From assembly GCF_003814915.1 (NCBI RefSeq), contig NZ_RKQK01000001.1:418031-450030 (forward strand): DNA of 32,000 nucleotides. Reading direction: 5' to 3'. Under the pieces are notes generated by a model that was given only the letters and a program-made list of their open reading frames with translations, did no database searches and had not been told where the DNA came from. The position numbers and the translations under genes are program-made. This document shows, piece after piece, positions 27,004 to 32,000 of this stretch. Source of the stretch: Pacificibacter maritimus. Its GTDB lineage: Bacteria > Pseudomonadota > Alphaproteobacteria > Rhodobacterales > Rhodobacteraceae. Within the stretch, counting starts at the first letter, position 1, and every line of letters starts with the position of its first letter.

Positions 27004-28101
27004 ATGACGGTGAAAAAACAAGTAGAGCCGATTTGGATCGCAGGTTGTATGTCTGGCACCTCTTTGGATGGGGTTGATGTGGCGCTTTTGCGCACGGATG
27101 GCATTGATATTTTTGAGTTTGGCGACAGCACATTTCGCCCATATAGCGTGGATGAACAGTCGCTTTTGCGTGACCAGTTGGGACTGTGGCAGGCCAGTGA
27201 CGCGGCCGTCGAATTGATTGAGACCGCCCATGCCGAAGCGCTATCAGCATTGCAAGGCTTTGAAATGGTTGGATTTCATGGGCAAACCTTTGCGCATGAT
27301 CCGCGTGGGCTTGGCACCTATCAAGCGGGGAATGGTGCGGTGTTGGCGGAAGTTTTGCAACAAACGGTTGTCTGGGATTTTCGCAGCAATGATGTGCAAA
27401 TGGGCGGGCAGGGCGCGCCTTTGGCCCCGTTTTTCCACCATGCTTGCGCGCGTTATATCAAGGCCACGGCGCCGCTTGTGTTTTTAAATTTAGGCGGTGT
27501 GGGCAATCTGACTTGGGTCGACCCCAGCATCGATGATCCTGCGCAGACTGGCGCTTTGTTGGCCTTTGACACGGGGCCAGCCAATGCGCCGATCAATGAT
27601 TTATGCATGGCGCGTTTGGGGAAATCTTTTGATGATAACGGCGATTTGGCAGCTTCTGGTCAGGTGGATGCGGCGCTTTTAGATCAGTTTATGCAACACG
27701 CCTATTTCATGAAGATGCCGCCTAAGTCCTTAGATAGAAATGATTTTCACGATATTTTGACGCAGGTCGAAAGCCTGAGTGATCAAGATGCCGCCGCGAC
27801 CTTAACAGCGATGGCTGCCGCATCTGTGGCGCAAGCGATGGACCATTGCCCAAGCCCACCTGCGCGGATTTTGGTGTCGGGGGGCGGCAGTCGAAACGCG
27901 ACATTGATGGCAATGATTGCTGCAGGCGTGGATTGCGCCGTCGCGCCCATCGAAACTGTGGGTTTGGACGGCGATATGCTTGAAGCCCAAGCCTTTGCCT
28001 ATCTTGCCATGCGGGTCAAACGCGGTCTGCCGACAAGCTGCCCCAGCACCACAGGCGTCGCGGCTGCCATTGGCGGCGGGCGGATTTCAAAGCCCGATTA
28101 A
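27004..28101 (+). CDS. anmK: Anhydro-N-acetylmuramic acid kinase
   Basis: [14 protein letters not shown] near the N-terminus and the GGG..N C-terminal motif ([10 protein letters not shown]). ATG 27004 is preferred because it leaves a 72-nt divergent spacer with tyrS. The longest ORF starts at 26962. Confidence 0.88.
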   Translation: MTVKKQVEPIWIAGCMSGTSLDGVDVALLRTDGIDIFEFGDSTFRPYSVDEQSLLRDQLGLWQASDAAVELIETAHAEALSALQGFEMVGFHGQTFAHDPRGLGTYQAGNGAVLAEVLQQTVVWDFRSNDVQMGGQGAPLAPFFHHACARYIKATAPLVFLNLGGVGNLTWVDPSIDDPAQTGALLAFDTGPANAPINDLCMARLGKSFDDNGDLAASGQVDAALLDQFMQHAYFMKMPPKSLDRNDFHDILTQVESLSDQDAAATLTAMAAASVAQAMDHCPSPPARILVSGGGSRNATLMAMIAAGVDCAVAPIETVGLDGDMLEAQAFAYLAMRVKRGLPTSCPSTTGVAAAIGGGRISKPD

Positions 28102-28181
28102 GGCGCGTGTTTTAAATAGTTTAACGATTTTCACAGGCTGCATTTTACATGTTTTAAAGGCTTTGGGGCGCGAGTTTTGCG

Positions 28182-28213
28182 TTAGGGGGAATTTTTCAGA
28201 AAACTCCCCCTAA
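28182..28213 (+). terminator. Long hairpin/terminator after anmK, marking the left edge of the AT-rich islet
   Basis: TTAGGGGGA-A-TTTT, loop TCAG, AAAA-C-TCCCCCTAA. This gives 13 bp with one mismatch, followed by GGTTTTC. Confidence 0.6.
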
Positions 28214-28358
28214 GGTTTTCACGTTATGAAATCAGTGCGCCATCATATCGTGCTTGATCTCTTCGCCAGACAGGGCTGCCGTAAGGTAATGTATCCCAGA
28301 CTTTTGCTGGGGAGTTTACGGGAAAAATATGTTTTTCCCCGCTGGGGTGGTTTTGGGT

Positions 28359-29426
28359 CTAGAAAGGGATCTCCGAGTAGGGGATCGAGGGTTGCTTACT
28401 GGGGTCGTCCCAATCTGTGAAGTCTAGGATGTCATCAAGTAAAATAGGACTGACCGTTCCTGAAAGGTTGTCTGACCAGAACTTTTTACGCTCTAACCAA
28501 GTCCCTTCTTGGTTTCTTTCAACAATATGAATATTGGTTTCGGGAGAGCGCTTTTTGAGTAAGTCGTTCAGGTGGCTATCAGCCCCACCATACCCAAAAA
28601 GGATGATTTCGTCAGCTTCTCGGATACACTTTGGCAACCGAACCTCCCAATAATCTTTGAGTACATCGCAGCTCTCAATGAGCTGGAGCTTTAAACCTGT
28701 TGGCCCAAGGATAATCTGATTTTTCCCTTCAGCATTCTTTGGAATTGGTAGGTTATCTCTGGTCCGCTTTGCTGATACTCCATCGTCCTTTTTATAAAAT
28801 AGGGGAGTGCCATGTAGATGAAGGTATGTTCCTCTTGGGTTTTTGCTATTGTACCAGTTAAAGGTTTTGGGGGTATATGATGTTTGAAAGCCGTCACCTA
28901 AAGATGTTTCATCTACTTTTGCTCTGCATAGTGGAAAGGCTTTTCCGGTGACATTTTGGCGATTGAATGGGGCATACAATAAGGTGTCATAGTTAAGTGT
29001 TGCTACATGGCTTCGGGATTTGAAAATATAGTCAATCAATGGTTGAGTGAATGTCCGCCATAGCGCTTCTTGGGGTGGATCAAATTGAAATTCATGAAAA
29101 TAGTGTGCAACTGCATAGATGTACTTTTCTAGCAGGCTTGGAAATTGAGCAGCATTTGTATTCAGCCAATGACTAAGTGTCTCTGGTTCAATGCTCAATT
29201 TCAACATTGAATGGCCTATGAGTGCCGTATATGCAGAACGAAGATCAGCCTCTGATGTTGGGCCGATTGCTGCGTCAAAACCTTTCAGCGATGCGATGAT
29301 TTCTTTTTCATTTTCGTCAAATAAGTCGCTACCCCAAACTGATGTCATGGCCGCTTGAAGTTGAAAATAGTCATTGTCTAGGGCGCGTCCTAAACCGTTT
29401 CCGAATACGATTAGCTTTCTGTTCAT
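28359..29426 (-). CDS. Orphan SIR2_2/DUF4917/AbiH-like Rossmann-fold protein (candidate NADase-type anti-phage effector)
   Basis: 355-aa ORF in a visibly AT-rich segment. Ordered motifs: IVFGNGLGRAL (6-16), ATLNYDTLLY (142-151), YLHLHG (201-206) and ILFGYGGADSHLNDLL (275-290). GGGGA lies just upstream of the ATG. The family call comes from remembered motif patterns, not a search. Confidence 0.8.
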   Translation of the reverse strand: MNRKLIVFGNGLGRALDNDYFQLQAAMTSVWGSDLFDENEKEIIASLKGFDAAIGPTSEADLRSAYTALIGHSMLKLSIEPETLSHWLNTNAAQFPSLLEKYIYAVAHYFHEFQFDPPQEALWRTFTQPLIDYIFKSRSHVATLNYDTLLYAPFNRQNVTGKAFPLCRAKVDETSLGDGFQTSYTPKTFNWYNSKNPRGTYLHLHGTPLFYKKDDGVSAKRTRDNLPIPKNAEGKNQIILGPTGLKLQLIESCDVLKDYWEVRLPKCIREADEIILFGYGGADSHLNDLLKKRSPETNIHIVERNQEGTWLERKKFWSDNLSGTVSPILLDDILDFTDWDDPSKQPSIPYSEIPF

Positions 29427-29505
29427 ATGTCCCCGGTGAAATTAAACTTTTGTTATCTGTTCAGCGTAGTGGGGTAAAAAGTGAACATCAAGTCGTTGCG
29501 CATGC

Positions 29506-29534
29506 AAAAAGCCCCACCAAATGGCGGGGCTTTT
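29506..29534 (-). terminator. Rho-independent (bidirectional-looking) terminator of eno, marking the right edge of the islet
   Basis: On the minus strand: GCCCCGCC, loop ATTT, GGTGGGGC, then TTTTTGC. A-runs and T-runs flank both sides. Confidence 0.75.
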
Positions 29535-29609
29535 GTCACTTTGTCACTCCGTCTCAGCGCGGCACAACGCGCGCTTTCAACATGGCACTTAAAAAATGCC
29601 TGTGTGGCC

Positions 29610-31006
<1,397 letters not shown>

Positions 31007-31075
31007 TTTGGGTGACGGTTTTAGCGGCTGGTCTAGGCCATAGATTGGCAACAGTCTGGGCGCGGAGCCATCCGG

Positions 31076-31495
31076 CTAATCTGTATCGGGATGAATTTTG
31101 ACGCCAAACAATTCCAAACGGTGTCCCGTCAGGCGGTATCCCAATTTTGTGGCGATTTTTTCTTGAAGCGCTTCGATATCGTGATCAACAAATTCGATGA
31201 CCCTGCCTGTGTCCACATCTATCAGATGGTCATGATGTGCGCGTGCGGCGGGCTCATATCGGGCGCGGCCATCGCCGAAATCAACCTTGGCCAAGATACC
31301 GCAATCTTCAAGCGTTTTCACGGTACGGTAAACGGTGGCAAGTGAAATATGCGGGTCGATTTGTGCGGCGCGTTTGAACAATTCTTCGGCCGCAGGGTGG
31401 TCTTTGGCCTGATCTAAAACCTGCGCAATGATTTTGCGTTGCCCTGTCATGCGCATGCCGTTTTCTTTGCAGCGATCTAGAATTGTGTCGGTCAT
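31076..31495 (-). CDS. irr: Fur-family transcriptional regulator, probably Irr-type
   Basis: 139 aa from ATG 31495 (the longer ORF begins at TTG 31546). It has a winged helix (ISLATVYRTVKTLEDCGIL) and HHDHLIDVDTG, where classical Fur has HHDHLxCxxCG. The CxxC zinc site is therefore missing, as in Irr. Confidence 0.7.
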   Translation of the reverse strand: MTDTILDRCKENGMRMTGQRKIIAQVLDQAKDHPAAEELFKRAAQIDPHISLATVYRTVKTLEDCGILAKVDFGDGRARYEPAARAHHDHLIDVDTGRVIEFVDHDIEALQEKIATKLGYRLTGHRLELFGVKIHPDTD

Positions 31496-31725
31496 TTCAC
31501 ATCCAGTCTTTGGGGGCAGGCCCCGTATTGCGATAAAATGCAACAAGACAAGGCTGCACGCGTGTTTTCAAGTTTACCACAAAACAAAACAGCACGAAAT
31601 CCATCAGGTGGTGGAATGACTTTTTTAACGAATTTATGCGAGACCTATCGAACCTATCTGGATCGCGCGGTGCACTCATCTTGCCCTTATAGGTTTTTTG
31701 TTGCCGTAAAAGGGAGTGAGCCTGC

Positions 31726-32000
31726 ATGTCGCTGATGGAGAATTCGAAACGCGCTTTTGATTGTGCCGAAAACACAGCAGAAGTCGCGGATATTTTGCGT
31801 GTCGCACGCGATCTTATTGAACGTGTAGGGTTTTCACGCTTCTCAATGGGCGAATTGGCACAAAACGTCGATATGGCGAAAGGGGCGATTTATATTTTCG
31901 CCGAAACCAAAGAAGAATTGTTTGCAGAACTCTACCTTGAAGCGCTGAAAAATTTTATATCCTTGGTGCTGCCCCATGCGGCGATGGACACGGCTTTGAC
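31726..32000 (+). CDS. TetR/AcrR-family transcriptional regulator (N-terminal part; runs off the window)
   Basis: ATG 31726 with AGGGAG at 31711-31716. The translation MSLMENSKRAFD...ILRVARDLIERVGFSRFSMGELAQNVDMAKGAIYIFAETKEELF shows the typical TetR HTH pattern. Confidence 0.75.
   Translation, partial: MSLMENSKRAFDCAENTAEVADILRVARDLIERVGFSRFSMGELAQNVDMAKGAIYIFAETKEELFAELYLEALKNFISLVLPHAAMDTAL

Noticed and set aside
28224-28361. The frame stays open for 45 codons after the TAG stop of the SIR2-like gene (TQNHPSGEKHIF...DGALIS*), suggesting read-through or a nonsense mutation
   Set aside because: The 355-aa product already has the full motif set and a length typical of DUF4917/AbiH-like proteins. 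The extension has no recognisable features. A 45-codon open stretch has roughly a one-in-ten chance of occurring here. It is only worth checking if homologues turn out to be about 400 aa.
28226-28420. 64-aa ORF (+) at the left edge of the islet, overlapping the 3' end of the SIR2-like gene
   Set aside because: The translation is Arg/Gly/Ser-rich with no RBS. It is convergent with and overlaps a much better ORF, so it is probably spurious.
29532-29547. Tandem TTGTCACT TTGTCACT next to the eno terminator as a possible att or insertion scar of the islet
   Set aside because: It is only 8 nt x2, and I could find no matching copy at the left islet boundary (28214-28358). That is insufficient to call a target-site duplication.

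Overview
This window looks like chromosomal DNA from an alphaproteobacterium, most likely a Rhodobacterales or roseobacter-type genome. The inference rests on gene content and synteny; no database search was possible. The left half (about 1.27-16.3 kb, + strand) is a complete RcGTA-type gene transfer agent (GTA) head-tail cluster. It runs g1/TerS-like, TerL, portal, prohead protease, HK97 capsid, adaptor, stopper, tail terminator, tube, chaperones, a short tape measure, DUF2460, DUF2163 hub, NlpC/P60 peptidase and a 1300-aa megatron, then one extra DUF2793 gene coupled to g15. cysE follows it, the classic GTA neighbour. The right half is core metabolism and housekeeping, mostly on the minus strand: pdhABC (E1-beta carries a lipoyl domain), ftsB, class I aldolase, pgk, two cyclophilins, tyrS, anmK, eno, an Irr-like Fur regulator and a partial TetR. 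The exception is a roughly 1.3-kb AT-rich islet between anmK and eno. It carries one orphan 355-aa gene with SIR2_2/DUF4917/AbiH-like motifs, and I consider it the best candidate for an undescribed single-gene anti-phage or NADase system. Other points worth a second look:
- A strong intrinsic terminator plus a structured 490-nt spacer splits the GTA operon between g2 and g3.
- Three LacI-type palindromic operators sit at exact 21-bp phasing upstream of fba, with related sites upstream of eno.
- Five GANTC (CcrM) sites at 12-bp spacing lie upstream of ftsB.
- Perfect palindromes lie at pdhA and at the ftsB stop codon.

I saw no rRNA, tRNA, CRISPR array, IS element or integrase.
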